Below, in pieces: positions 1 through 11,833 of a stretch of 64,000 bases of DNA. This stretch comes from Oopsacas minuta (lineage: Eukaryota; Animalia; Porifera). A model generated the notes under the pieces. It was given only the letters and a program-made list of their open reading frames with translations. It was not told the DNA's origin and did not search any database. Location: NCBI GenBank assembly GCA_024704765.1, contig JAKMXF010000357.1:1-64000 (forward strand). The letters run 5' to 3'. Position numbers and translations under genes: made by a program. Each line of letters begins with the position of its first letter. The first letter of the stretch is position 1.

Positions 1-993
1 GTGTTTTGTAATAACATCCCAGGACTTCTCTCAGCAATGGGACTGTCCCAATACAATCCAAATGAGTGGCGTTTATTTATCGACAACTCTAAACGGAATC
101 TAAAGTGCGTGTTACTGCATAATGGTAACAAATTTGCCTGTGTTCCGATCGGCCATTCAGTAATCTTGAAAGAGCACTATGCAACTGTAAAGATGGTCCT
201 ACAAAAGCTGTGTTATGATGAACATAACTGGATCGCATGTGTGGACTTGAAAATGGTCAATATCCTGTTAGAACAGCAAAGTGGTTACACTAAATACCCA
301 TGCTTTGTTTGTTTGTGGGACAGCAGAGCGTATGAGGTGCACTGGGAAGAGAAGAACTGGCCAGTTCGTCAAAAACTTGCCGTGGGGGAAAGAATATCAT
401 TAACGAGCCACTAGTTAGCCGTGACCGTATCATCCTACCCCCACTACATATCAAGTTGGGACTGATGAAATAATTCGTAAGGCATTGGACAAAGATGGTA
501 CCTGTTTCAACTACCTCTGCTCAGTATATCGTGGTCTGAGTAGCGAAAAACTTAAGGGCAGGAATTTTTGATGGGCCACAAATCAGAAAACTGATAAAAG
601 ATGAAGAATTCGCCTCACACATGACTGGAGTTGAGGCTGCCGCGTGGTATTCCTTTTGTCGATGTTGTAAAGGGATTCTTAGGCTACACCAAAGTGGCTA
701 ACCACCAGAATCTAGTCGAAGGCATGCTCAAGAACTTCCACATTCTGGAAACCAGAATGAGCATAAAACTTCACTACCTCTATAGCCATTTAGAGAGATT
801 CCCTGAAAATCTTGGTGATTTAAGCGAAGAGCAGGGCGAGCGATTCCACCTTGACATCCGGACTATGGAGGAACGGTACCAAGGAAGATGGGACGCTCAC
901 ATGTTGGCAGATTACTGCTGGAGTCTTAAGCGTGATTGCCCCCAAGAACCTTACAAGAGGAATTCGCATAAGAGAACATTCGTTCATGATTGA
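1..993 (+). pseudogene. Disrupted Chapaev3-like transposase
   Basis: ORF pieces 1-414 and 631-993 are joined by translatable sequence (PLVSRDRIILPPLHIKLGLMK*F...GIFDGPQIRKLIKD) with several frameshifts and an in-frame TAA near 471. Confidence 0.85.
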
Positions 994-1244
994 TAAGTAT
1001 TCAGATCATATTATATCTCAAATTATCTGCTTATTACGTATGTTCAATTCTAGTTATAATGTAATACATACATACTATATGGTATCAGTGAAGACAGATA
1101 CACGGATGCTGAAAAACATAATTTTACAATATCACAAAAGTAGAGCCAATTGACCAAAATTAGTGCCATTTTCGAACTCAGTGACCCCGATATACCCTAG
1201 AAATAGTCTCAACTTATCAGCCAAGAAAATGTTGTTGGCCAGTG
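1..1244 (+). mobile_element. Chapaev3-like (CMC) DNA transposon, 3' part; extends past the left edge
   Basis: Transposase motifs NEWRLFIDNSKRNLKCVLLHNG and HLERFPENLGDLSEEQGERFH...RYQGRWDAHMLADYCWSLKRD. Right end reads ...GAAAATGTTGTTGGCCAGTG (1244) followed by TTA, matching the CACTG termini and 3-bp TWA target duplication I recall for Chapaev3. Family assignment is from memory, not a search. Confidence 0.75.
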
Positions 1245-1288
1245 TTATAAAGTAATGCAAATGACCTATAATAGGTAGTTCTAATATA

Positions 1289-1575
1289 CAGTAGACCCTC
1301 CACTATCCGAACAGGGCCAAAAGCTTATAGAATCTATGGAAAACTAGAATTGATAAAGACATATATATATATATCCAATTTCATTGCGAATAATGATCTA
1401 ATACTATATTAGACATGTTGGCAGTACTTTCATTGATTGTACAACTTACGAAAAAATGGGCTCCATAGATCCCATAGTATTGTTTCAATACATTTCGTTA
1501 ATCCAAACAAATTCATTAATCTAAAGAATTATTTTGCAATTGGAACAGTGCTGTTCGGAGTAGCGAGGGTGTCTG
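1289..1575. mobile_element. Tc1/pogo-type MITE
   Basis: TA|CAGTAGACCCTCCACTATCCGAACAG ... CTGTTCGGAGTAGCGAGGGTGTCTG|TA: imperfect ~25-bp TIRs with TA on both sides. Confidence 0.7.
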
Positions 1576-2996
1576 TACAAATGATAATGTAGCCAGTTTA
1601 TACTACCCGAACATAGATGCAAAAGCTAAGTCGAGTGAAAAGACTGGCACCTATACCCTCAAGTTTTAAATCAGATCACCATTAGTGTCTGATAGGTTTG
1701 AGAGGGAAATAAAAATAACGAAAACTGATTGTTCAAATACGATCAAAGCTAATATACCTTGTGGGAATATAATAAATAACATCCTTCTAGCCAAATGTCA
1801 TAAAAATCGCTAATAAGAAATAACCAATTACGTGTTAAACTGGTAAAGTAATTATAAAATACGGAATAGTGTCTCTTAAGCGGACTCAAATGTTAAAATT
1901 CGCAATTTCGTAGAATTTCATAAAACTTGGCACAAAGTAGTGTCGATATTTATATACGTAAATCTATGTAGCCATTGTAGCAGCTCCAATGTCACCAAAT
2001 GGGTGACATAACTGCCATATTGATAAATCATCCAATATCATTATCTATTGAATGAATTATGGACCATGGATAAACTACACATATTCTGGTCTATTCTATG
2101 TATTAAGAATTCTCCAAGACATTTGGCTTTGCTCTAGTACTTTGCCTGGAATGATTGTGGTATTAAATAATTATGTTAACAAGGAAGATTCTGCTTAATA
2201 GGGTCAACGTTGGGATCAGGCCATTTTTGACTGTTTAAGCGGAATGCAGATGTTGGCCTGATTAAACAAACGGTGGCTCTATAAAGCGGTCTATTGTAAC
2301 TTGAAATGTTATCACAAATTGCAAACAGATTGGAATATTCCCTGTGCGAATGCTTACAACATATTGGTAACACAATGGGGCAATGCACATAGTCAATCGA
2401 AAAGGCACCAACACAACTTACCCAAGCAAAAAGAGTAGTATTACAGTAAAATAGTTATTTTGGGGTTCGAAAGTTACGTAACAGTAGAAAGGCCACTAAT
2501 GTGCTAACAATAGAATTTTATCTATGGAATTCCAAGAAATCAATCGCGATATTGTGAATGGTAGACTCCGTAATAAGTCTGCCATTTACAAAGATATGGC
2601 TATGGATAGGAGTTTTCATCTCCACGGCAAGCCTGGAAATTTTTCATTGAGTAAGAAAGTGGTATTACTGTCACATCGCGATGGAAAGGGGAGGACAACT
2701 AACGAAATATTGAGTCACATCGGGTTAATCATATGAAAATATTGTTACACTCTTGTGGCAATAATTGGACCCCTGAGCAGCAGCAATAGTCTGTCGACTG
2801 GCCATTGCTCCTATAGCTATAGTAGTTTATTTCTACCAACACAATAATTAAACACAAGGATACCTAGCCGCACTGAAATTATCATAGCAACCATTGACGC
2901 GACGTCAATTGGTATTGTCAGCTCAAGCCACATTAATATAAATAGTCTCCAAAATATATTAGTTAAACTTTACAATAATAAACTACAATAAAAGAA

Positions 2997-3869
2997 ATGG
3001 CATCAAATGCGAAAGCTACTCATAAGTCTGCTGAGTTTAAAAAAATGGTGCTGTCCTACCCTCTCAAGAAGCAGCCTATCATAGCTGTTGGGAGGAGAAG
3101 GATAGCTGGCAACGAACTATATGGTGCTAAAGGTCTAGCTATTTATGAACCAAATCAGCTGATATACATTGTCAATTCTGGTCACTGTAGTATACAAATT
3201 GTTACATTTGAGGGAAACTTTGTCACTAGCTTCGGACAAGAAGTACTTAAGAAACCATGGGGTATAGCAGTGACTGAAGATAACATATTTATTACGGACA
3301 ATCATTTTATGACTCTATTCCAATTCAGTGATATAAAGATAGCAAGGACTGGTACCAGAGGATCAGGAGAGGGAGAGCTGATATCTCCTACCGGGTTGTG
3401 TGTCGACTACAACAGAGACGTGTATGTTGCTGATAGTAGGAATGACAGAGTTTGTATATTCTCAGAAGACCTTACATTCATAAATTGTCTCGGTACTCAA
3501 CAACTAAAGTATCCTGTAGATGTAAATGTAACGCCAAACAGCATCGTCGTATTAGACTGTAACTCAAATTGTATCCACTTCTACTCAAGGAGTGGATACC
3601 TGATAAACTCATGTGTTTCTCAAGGGGTCTATGGCATTGTATATAATCCCTGGTTCTTCTGTTTAGATCCAGTAGGAAATATTCTCATTAGCAATCTCTT
3701 ATGTAACAATATCAAGATACTCTTTCCATCAGGGGGACTCATCCATATCATAGGGAGGGGTGGACACGGGAGAGGAGAGCTCTCACAACCACGTGGTATT
3801 GGTATTTCTCAATTAGGAATTATATTTATTGTTTCTATTAATGATAATTTCCATTTACAATCTTTTTAG
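2997..3869 (+). CDS. Intronless NHL-repeat (beta-propeller) protein, 290 aa
   Basis: Uninterrupted ORF with repeated NHL motifs (LKKPWGIAV, GELISPTGLCVDYNRDVYVADSRNDRVCIF, LKYPVDV, GELSQPRGIGI). No RING or B-box. Confidence 0.88.
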   Translation: MASNAKATHKSAEFKKMVLSYPLKKQPIIAVGRRRIAGNELYGAKGLAIYEPNQLIYIVNSGHCSIQIVTFEGNFVTSFGQEVLKKPWGIAVTEDNIFITDNHFMTLFQFSDIKIARTGTRGSGEGELISPTGLCVDYNRDVYVADSRNDRVCIFSEDLTFINCLGTQQLKYPVDVNVTPNSIVVLDCNSNCIHFYSRSGYLINSCVSQGVYGIVYNPWFFCLDPVGNILISNLLCNNIKILFPSGGLIHIIGRGGHGRGELSQPRGIGISQLGIIFIVSINDNFHLQSF

Positions 3870-4240
3870 TTTATTTTGTTGTTTCAAATTCCATTTTAAT
3901 ATATAATATAATTTCATACTTTCCAACTGTCCGATCTTTGTTATTGATAAGAATTCATGTAACTGAGTTACCAATTGACATTAGGATTGCTATATTAAAT
4001 TTACTTAAGTAATTGATCTTAGTCCTTAGAAGTGAACATTTCACTTCTAAGGTACCCACAAGCGTTGGAAACTTGGAATCTGGTTCACTTTTCTGAATCC
4101 GAACCGTCAAGGACACGAAACGGGTCAGGCTGAGTTCCATTAGGTAAAGTTTCTAAATCTTTCCCTAATTTTAGGTTCGTCAAATTACTTTCCGTGGTAT
4201 GGTCTCATGATCCCAACGTTAACTCTAACCACACGCAACA

Positions 4241-4313
4241 GCACTATTAATTTGAGGTACTATGCATACTGGGTATAAAATAATAATATGCATATTTCTC
4301 AAATTAATAGAGC
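4241..4313. repeat. Short decayed copy of the 57-kb foldback element core
   Basis: GCACTATTAATTTGAGGTACTATGCAT ... ATGCATATTTCTCAAATTAATAGAGC form an imperfect inverted pair resembling the inner arms at 57158-57230. Confidence 0.6.
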
Positions 4314-4514
4314 CAGAGCGGCAACTAGGCTCATAATTTGGATGGGCAAAAATGACGTCATGCTCACCTACCTTATACTTTTTGTATTATTACGAAGTCA
4401 AATCTGGGTGACACTCAATTCCAGGATGAGCACAGGCCCAACAAATTGAATAAATATACAGTATTTCTATGGAAAGCGGACTTGTGGATAAATTACATGA
4501 TAATGATAACTCAC

Positions 4515-7500
4515 CAATATATTCTTCAGTTTGATATCTCTATGCAAGAGTCCCTGGTTGTGTAGAAATCGAATTCCTTCTGCTACATCTAGAGCTATTA
4601 TAACTCTGTCTCTATAAGATAACCCCTCCTTCAAACCGATGTACAGATCTTTAGGGAGTCTGGGCATCATCAGCAGTACAGCTGCGTTGTTATTAGTGTA
4701 GTTCTTGTCTATAACCACTCCAATGAGTGGTACGATACGAGGATGAGTAGGTAATGACCTAGTTGTGGATATATATATTACATTCCTATATAATCTAAGC
4801 ATTAGAGGCACACACAGTTTCTGAACATTTCCTTCTCTTAGTTAAATATGATAATTGACTAACACTATACGTATTTGTACATTTAATACAGTCAACATTC
4901 GGTAACTCCAACCCTGAAAATCTGTTTCGAGATAACGAATGTTCAAGTTTACGGGAATTCGAGTTGGCGGATGTTGACTGTATATACATAGAAATACTGT
5001 ATTTCAGTTATCCAAACTGATTGTGTGTATGTGTACGTATTAACTCGGATACTTGAAATAGCTCTAACATCATCACAATATTGATTGAAATACTGAAGAG
5101 GTCTGAAAATAGGTTCAGAGACATAAATCGAAAATATTCATCAAAATTAACTGTGTTGTTCTCACTGTTTGTATAAGAAGAGTCATTATACGAACATTCC
5201 ATTAATTTATTCAATTTTATTTATTTAATCTCTAATAAAGACTTTCCCACTGTAACGAGCATTTATCTCATGCTAAAGTATCAAATAGCTGTATGGATAC
5301 ATTAGAGTAACTAAAAAGCTACGTCTCATTTAAAACAACGAAAAATACAAACTTCAGTACCAATTATGATAGATGAGCCAAGAAATAGTCACTCATAAGG
5401 AAGTTACGAATAACTCATTTTTGAATAAATAGTGTGAATAAAGTGAGATACTGAATGTAGGACTAACCATGTGTAATGGAATTCCAGAGCTAAGTCATTC
5501 CAGTGCTTCTCATCGGGAGGGACTACACTCTTAACAGCTAGAGGTCCCTCTCCTCCCCACATATTACACGAGTACACTATACCATACTGTCCTCTCCCTA
5601 TCTCTCTCCTGCAGTCGGGCATACCGTTGTCTAGCTGATCCTTAAGGGCTATAGACTGTAAGGAGAGACGAGCTATCTTAGGAGTCAGCACCTTTCTAAC
5701 CTGAATACACAATATATATATACCAAATAAACAAGCTAACATTATATTGGTAGTATAAAATTCTAATAGAATGTTATTGTTATATAGCTTGTACCTACCT
5801 GATCTCTAGCTCCCTCTTTCTGCTGGAGTCTGTCCTGTTGCTGAGCCTCTAAATTACGCAAGGATTCAGCAAAAGCTTTGTGAGACGCAACCAACTTCTG
5901 ATGGAATTGCTGAGAAATGGATTTAGCTAGTTTACTAGGTGTGACACTGGAGATGAGCTGTGCTCCAATCTTTTCTTTCCAGCTCTCATCTATCTTAACA
6001 CTTGTATACCTGAATCCGTCTACACTCATTCTGATACGATCCATGAATAGCTTCATGGCAGAGGAGCTGGAGCGAGCTGTGACCTACAGTGTGGCATAAT
6101 ATGAATTATGTAAGGTAATACAACCAAAACTTTAAGTCTAAAGCTAATACAAATAGATATCAGAGACAGGAATGCAAAATAAAATTGCATTCTGTATTCC
6201 TAAATTTGCAGGAATAAATCCGAATTATTTATATTATTTTATTATAGCGGGCTTAGCTTGCTCGCGCTGCGCGGCTTACGAACACTTGTGTTCGCATGGG
6301 GCTCTGCATTACGTGCCTCGAATTAAGCAAATTATATAAGTAGTAACATATTCAAAATACATTGGTGATAAATTCATATTTGGAATCAGGGTACAGAAGT
6401 ATGAGTTATTCTCTATATTATACGCAGATCATATTCCCTATCATTTTAATACAAAGTAGACAAACAAACAAACACCCCCACAATAATTGAGTATTAATAA
6501 TATAAATTCCTATAGACTTATGTTAGAAGTAGATCACATAAAACAAATGTGTTCTCCAGCTAATCTAATTCTAAGATTAATATCCCTCGCATTTGATTCG
6601 AATTAGTAATAACTATTCGAAGTGTCTAGAGAGGTTACTGATGAGAGAAGTCTTAAATATAGAATTATTTAGATTTGGGATAAATTGTAGGAATAAAGTG
6701 TTAACTCACATCAAGATGGTAAGCTGAATCCAATATAGACTTGAATGCTTGGCTGGCAGCATATGATTCGTGGTCAGATGAGTTTTCTAAGGTCTCGAGA
6801 CATCTAGTGACTGTACCCAGAACACTCTCTCTCAGCAGAGATACAGACTTTAACAGCTGTTCTGATACGATCTTATTCAGCTGGTTAAACACATGGTCCT
6901 GTAGCTGAATAATACAACTACGAATTACTTTAACGTCATTGACAAACCCGTCTGGAGGAAGAAGGACATCCTGGAACTCTAAGACTCCAGCAGTTTGTAC
7001 TATGTCCTGAGATTCGGTAGTTATTACTCGCTCTACTGTTTCCCGTATTTTTCTGTGTCTTGTTGTAGATATGTCTAATAACTGATAGTACGAGTAAAGT
7101 ATATCTGATTAGGAAATAAAGAATAGTGTTAAGGATGGGGATGGGGACGATCGCGAAAATTTGCACTGCTCTCTTGCCACAAAATAAGAGCTTGCGTTTA
7201 TTAGCGGAACAGAACAGCTTTCAATCCATGTGCTAAGGTCGCAATGAGCACTAGAACGAAGAGGGCGAACGTGAATAGGAATACCTACGTGTAAGTATGT
7301 GTATTCAACAAATCTGATGATAATACTACACCTGGTAATCTTAAGTATATAATTAAGTAAGATTATTCTCTTGGAATGAAAGGAAAATATAGAAATGATA
7401 TCTGACTCATCTTTATCAGATTATGATTAGTAATATTATATAATATTATAAGATTGAGTTAGTCATGTGCTTTAATTATAATACAATAATAGAATAAAGT

Positions 7501-10500
7501 GGAAATAAGAAGATATATAACTCACTTGTTGAAATAGAGCATCCTCTTTATCCTTAGCAAACTGCAATCTCTTAGGAGTTATCTGTACATCTCTCTGCAT
7601 GTCGTGAGCAGACACGATAAGAGAGTCTAAACACTTTGTATGAGCGTCATTCAATACATAAGCAGACAGCACTAGCTGCTGTAGAATGTTACTCCTGCAG
7701 AATTCGTATATAGCTGCTGAGAACTCTATCAAGTTTCCTAGTATCTGGTTGTAAGGCACAAAGTTGTACAGGTTGAGTGGGGTGGCATCCAGCTTCTCAT
7801 CTGCAAGGAATTAATTAATACCAGGGGTAGAAACCGCTCGAACCCAAATAGTTGGTCAAACAAATATAGGTATTTGGTTTATCAACCAAAAACTGTGATG
7901 CCATGATATCAGAAAAATTTGGGCTGGGTCAGAAGATATCATAATATCTTGAACATTGGTGTGGTTTTACTGGTTTATGCAAAGTGGAATAGAAACTATG
8001 ACCCAAGGATAGTTTCGGATAATCGAATTTCACTTATTGGAGGAAGCGATGGACTGATTTTAGGGAAAAATAATTGGTGAACCGAATACCAATTTTGATA
8101 TTCCGCACACAATACTCAACTGTTTGGGAAATATTTTTTTGAGAAATATATTATGGAAATAATCAATAATTGATTATGTGCTATACAATCATGTGTATCT
8201 AATATATTATCATGATTATATCCTAGTGATGTGCTCTGAGTAACGCAGGAGTTCTAGCCATATTGTAACATACAAAGAGTAAAATGGAGTGTAAATACTG
8301 TGATGATGTATTGATTCATAATCATCTGTAGGATAATATACATTTTTAACTTAATGTATTCTAAATAACAATTATCAAATAGTATACAAGTATAGTAAAA
8401 ATAAATAAGCTAATCTCACCAGAGTCATTGAGGCTGCCATTGCGGTCATTTTCTGGTTTAGCACCGGAAGCCAGGAAATCATCTTCTTTAGAAAGTTTCC
8501 TTAAGAACTTAGGATGATAATCAGAGTGCGGTTGTGGGTTTTCTAGTGTCTTGTCTGTGTTCAAAAGACCCATTTCCTAATAATATGAATATTGATTGAT
8601 AACGAAATAACCAATACTATTGAGAGAGTAACAATAATGCAATGATAAGTAATGTTATACAAATTATAGATATACCAAACGTTCTACTATATACAGGCGT
8701 TATAACTTACACAGAGCTGAGCGTGTATGTGATTAAAGAATGGAGGCTCTTGAGGCTGTTGGTTAGCATACTCAGATTCAGGACTCTCACAACTACACAC
8801 GAATAGTAGAGGCATAGAAGGGAGGTTGTTCTTGATGTATTGTAGCTCATAGAGCTCCTATATGGAAAATAGATAATGTAGTAAATGCTATGTAATAACA
8901 GGTTAATCACAGGGAGAGTTATAATCTAGCAGTTAAGTTGAAACATTGAAAATAATGTAAAGTAGTAATATCCATGGTGCAAATACTCAATACTAAGTGA
9001 CACAGTCAACTCCTGCTTATATCGAAGCGTAATATTCTACAAATATGCTCCCAAACAGTAAAGTAACATAAAAGTATTTCATTTGGTTATATCGAATTCT
9101 GCATAATGGAAGTAATTATAATTATCGCGGTTTCTTGAGCTTCGATATGAAGGGAGTCTACTATATAACTAACAAGTTGGTTGAGTGCTCTCTTCCCATC
9201 CAGACAATAAATAGCCAAAGCATGATAGTCATTCCTACACTGTACCAAGAACTGTTCTATGCTGAGCTCATTAATGCTAGTGGGAGCTATCACCAGCTCC
9301 AGACCTGTTCTGAGGAGATGACTCTTTAGTCCCACCTGTAGATACACGTCTTGTGGCAGATTCTGGTTAGTCTTTTGTGTAATCATCAGCTCTTCTCTAG
9401 GTATCTTACGGAATAAACCCTCGTGTGATTTACTTGTCATCATAGATACGTCATATCTGCTTACATAATATTATGATATACCAGTTTTTCCCCAAAGTGC
9501 GTTAAGCGGGTTAATTAACGCGCCTAAGGCAACATAGGAACCACACAATCCAAAATACTGTGGGATACGCTGTATTATAAAATATAAATTTGGGCACTGT
9601 TAATGAGAAACTTGTTCCTTAGCCTGAATCATTATCTCATTATTTGTGACATCAGCGGAGTGGTCGATTCATAAAAAATTTCAAAATGAAAAGTCTAATT
9701 TGATAAAAGAATATGTTTTACGAGGAAAAGGTCATCTCTAGTGTCACATTAGCTAGCGTATATGCCGTATAGCTGAATTACATTGTGTAAATTGTGAAAT
9801 AATGACAATATTCTTGAGGTAGCCAAATCAGATGCAGGCAGTGGAGCTGAAACATGTTTCTGACTAACACTGGCCTTTATAAAGCCTAGTTCTTCCTGAT
9901 AAAATAAATAATTATAGCAGTTAGGAAACACCCTATTAAATTCGCCTATTCATATTGTTGTTAAAGATTCTGGTAAAGGATAACTGCTACAAATACTTAC
10001 AAACGCCACTGATCACTAATTTGATATACAAATCATGATTACACATAATTAAGTATAATTATGCTAATAAACTGTAATGAATGAATTAATATGTGTTATA
10101 GTAATTAGGCAATTATGTGTTGAGGCGTGAACTACGTAATTCACAGTTGAGGTTACATGTCATACCACAAATCAGATCCGTTCATTCACCATATCTGATA
10201 CCCTCTCCCATAACCCATTACAATAGCTTCAGAAGAGAAATTAGTTAAACCTCAAAATGGTATCAAGAGCAGGCTATTAGGCATCCTAGAGTCCTAGACC
10301 ATATTGACAAAGGATTAAGTAAATATGTTATAGCTGGAATGCAGTCAAAGTTTATGTTGTGTACACCCAAGCCCAAGGGAGTGATCAAACTTGTTAATAA
10401 TTTTATGAGAAAGACTGTCAAGGAAATGTCATAATAAGTGACATGATGAAATAATTAGTAAGAAGAAAGTTTTCCAGGCGGTGTTACTTGAAATATTCAC

Positions 10501-11833
10501 AATAACTAAACCTGACAGATTTCTCAATTCTCCAATATGAAGTTACGATAATTGTTTGTCATTCGTTCTTCTAAAATTTTAGCGATTCTTAGGGCCTAAA
10601 CGTTGGCTAACGAACCAATTCTATCCGTTCTGTGTAATGGTTATAGGTAAGGCTTTACTCGTATCTATGATAATCTACTTTCTAAATCAGCATAATAATA
10701 CGTATATTATTTGTTTTATCTATTTACCTGATCTTCCTATAACACCCAATCTTATATCATAGTTTATTACCGCTTAACATAGCAGATCCGTAGCTTATTA
10801 ATTGTAATTAGAGTAAATCTCGTTATAACCAAATTGGATATAGCGAAACTCCAGGTACAATGAAGTGATTCTTTACCCCCAATAGCTTGAAAGCAGGGTA
10901 TTATCTAGAGGTATGAGGCGTGTCTATATGTGCATACATTTAAGCAAATATATACGAAAATTTGGCCTAAAAAGTAATAGAAAATGTATAGTCTATGCGT
11001 ATGAAAACTTATATGAACTCCTGCTTGAAAGTAATTGAGTTTACTCGGCTACAAGAAATTTTGCTTATTACGAAATAGGACCATGGGACCGAGCACTTCG
11101 CTATAACGAGATTTGATTGTACTTCTAGTAATCTGAGATAAAAATTGAGAGAGGGAGAGATACAATAGTATCCACAAACGATACAAACTTTTCAAATTGA
11201 ACACAAATCAATTTTATTAATAAAATATAATCAATTCCAAAGCCCCAAAGTGTGACAACCTACAATTTTCAATATTCCTCAATTCTAAATTGTCCGTTCC
11301 GATCCGTGAAATAGGCAAGATCATAATAAACATAATTAGTTACCATGCAGGCCCAGCGACACGGATTTTTGAAGTGATCTGGTTGAAATCTCACTTATCA
11401 TAGAAACAGTAATAACACCACCAAAAAAATCAATCGGACTGGTGGTGCCGACCCTGGGTTATAGATATAGCAAGAGATTATCATACCCTTCCTTAGTGAG
11501 ATGTGTCATGAATCTGTTCTTACTGAACTTTATCTTTACCATCCTCCACACCTCATTATCTAGCATAGGATCAAGCAGCAGAGGTTCATTCAGGATCCTG
11601 TTCACTACTTGTGCCTTGACAACGTTCTGTCCAAGTACAACCAAAGCAGGACTCCCACACACCAAAGATAGGATACTACGTTGATCTTCTATAGAGAATG
11701 TTGTCACTTGAGAGAGTGTGGGATCGAATACCTGTAGGTCAGAGAAGTTTCTTGTGGTCGCGCGGAATAATTCTTTGATGTATTTGGAGTTTGTTACGAA
11801 GTGTTGGAACACGGTGGATAGATTAGTTTCCAT
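4515..11833 (-). CDS. DSTYK: Dual serine/threonine and tyrosine protein kinase (DSTYK), 9 exons, 3' kinase exons absent from the window
   Basis: Exons (minus): 11833-11487, 9456-9174, 8857-8711, 8576-8420, 7800-7526, 7081-6710, 6083-5799, 5700-5468, 4758-4515. All introns are GT-AG and phases match throughout (2343 nt = 781 codons). Diagnostic DSTYK motifs: [68 protein letters not shown]. Confidence 0.94.
4889..4980. mobile_element. 92-bp Tc1/pogo-type MITE in DSTYK intron 8
   Basis: TA|CAGTCAACATTCGGTAACTC ... GAGTTGGCGGATGTTGACTG|TA. Confidence 0.75.
6245..6506 (-). mobile_element. Non-autonomous Helitron-like element in DSTYK intron 6
   Basis: On minus: 5' end T(T)TATATTATTAATACTCAATT like the 61769 copy, a (GTTT)n/GTCT microsatellite at ~6457-6472, and a GC-rich 3' end ...GCAAGCTAAGCCCGCTA(T). 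Confidence 0.6.
10811..11119. mobile_element. Tigger/pogo-type MITE in DSTYK intron 1
   Basis: GAGTAAATCTCGTTATAAC ... CTATAACGAGATTTGATTG|TA imperfect TIRs. Confidence 0.6.

Noticed and set aside
2176-2388. Cys/His-rich ORF (CPIVLPICCKHSH) as a RING remnant or the missing DSTYK exon
   Set aside because: Cys spacing does not fit RING or B-box, and no kinase motifs appear in any frame.
3955-4260. Minus-strand open stretches as alternative DSTYK terminal exons
   Set aside because: No kinase similarity and no convincing in-phase acceptor.
7190-7290. GC-richer intronic patch as a snoRNA
   Set aside because: I could not identify H/ACA or C/D boxes with the required geometry.
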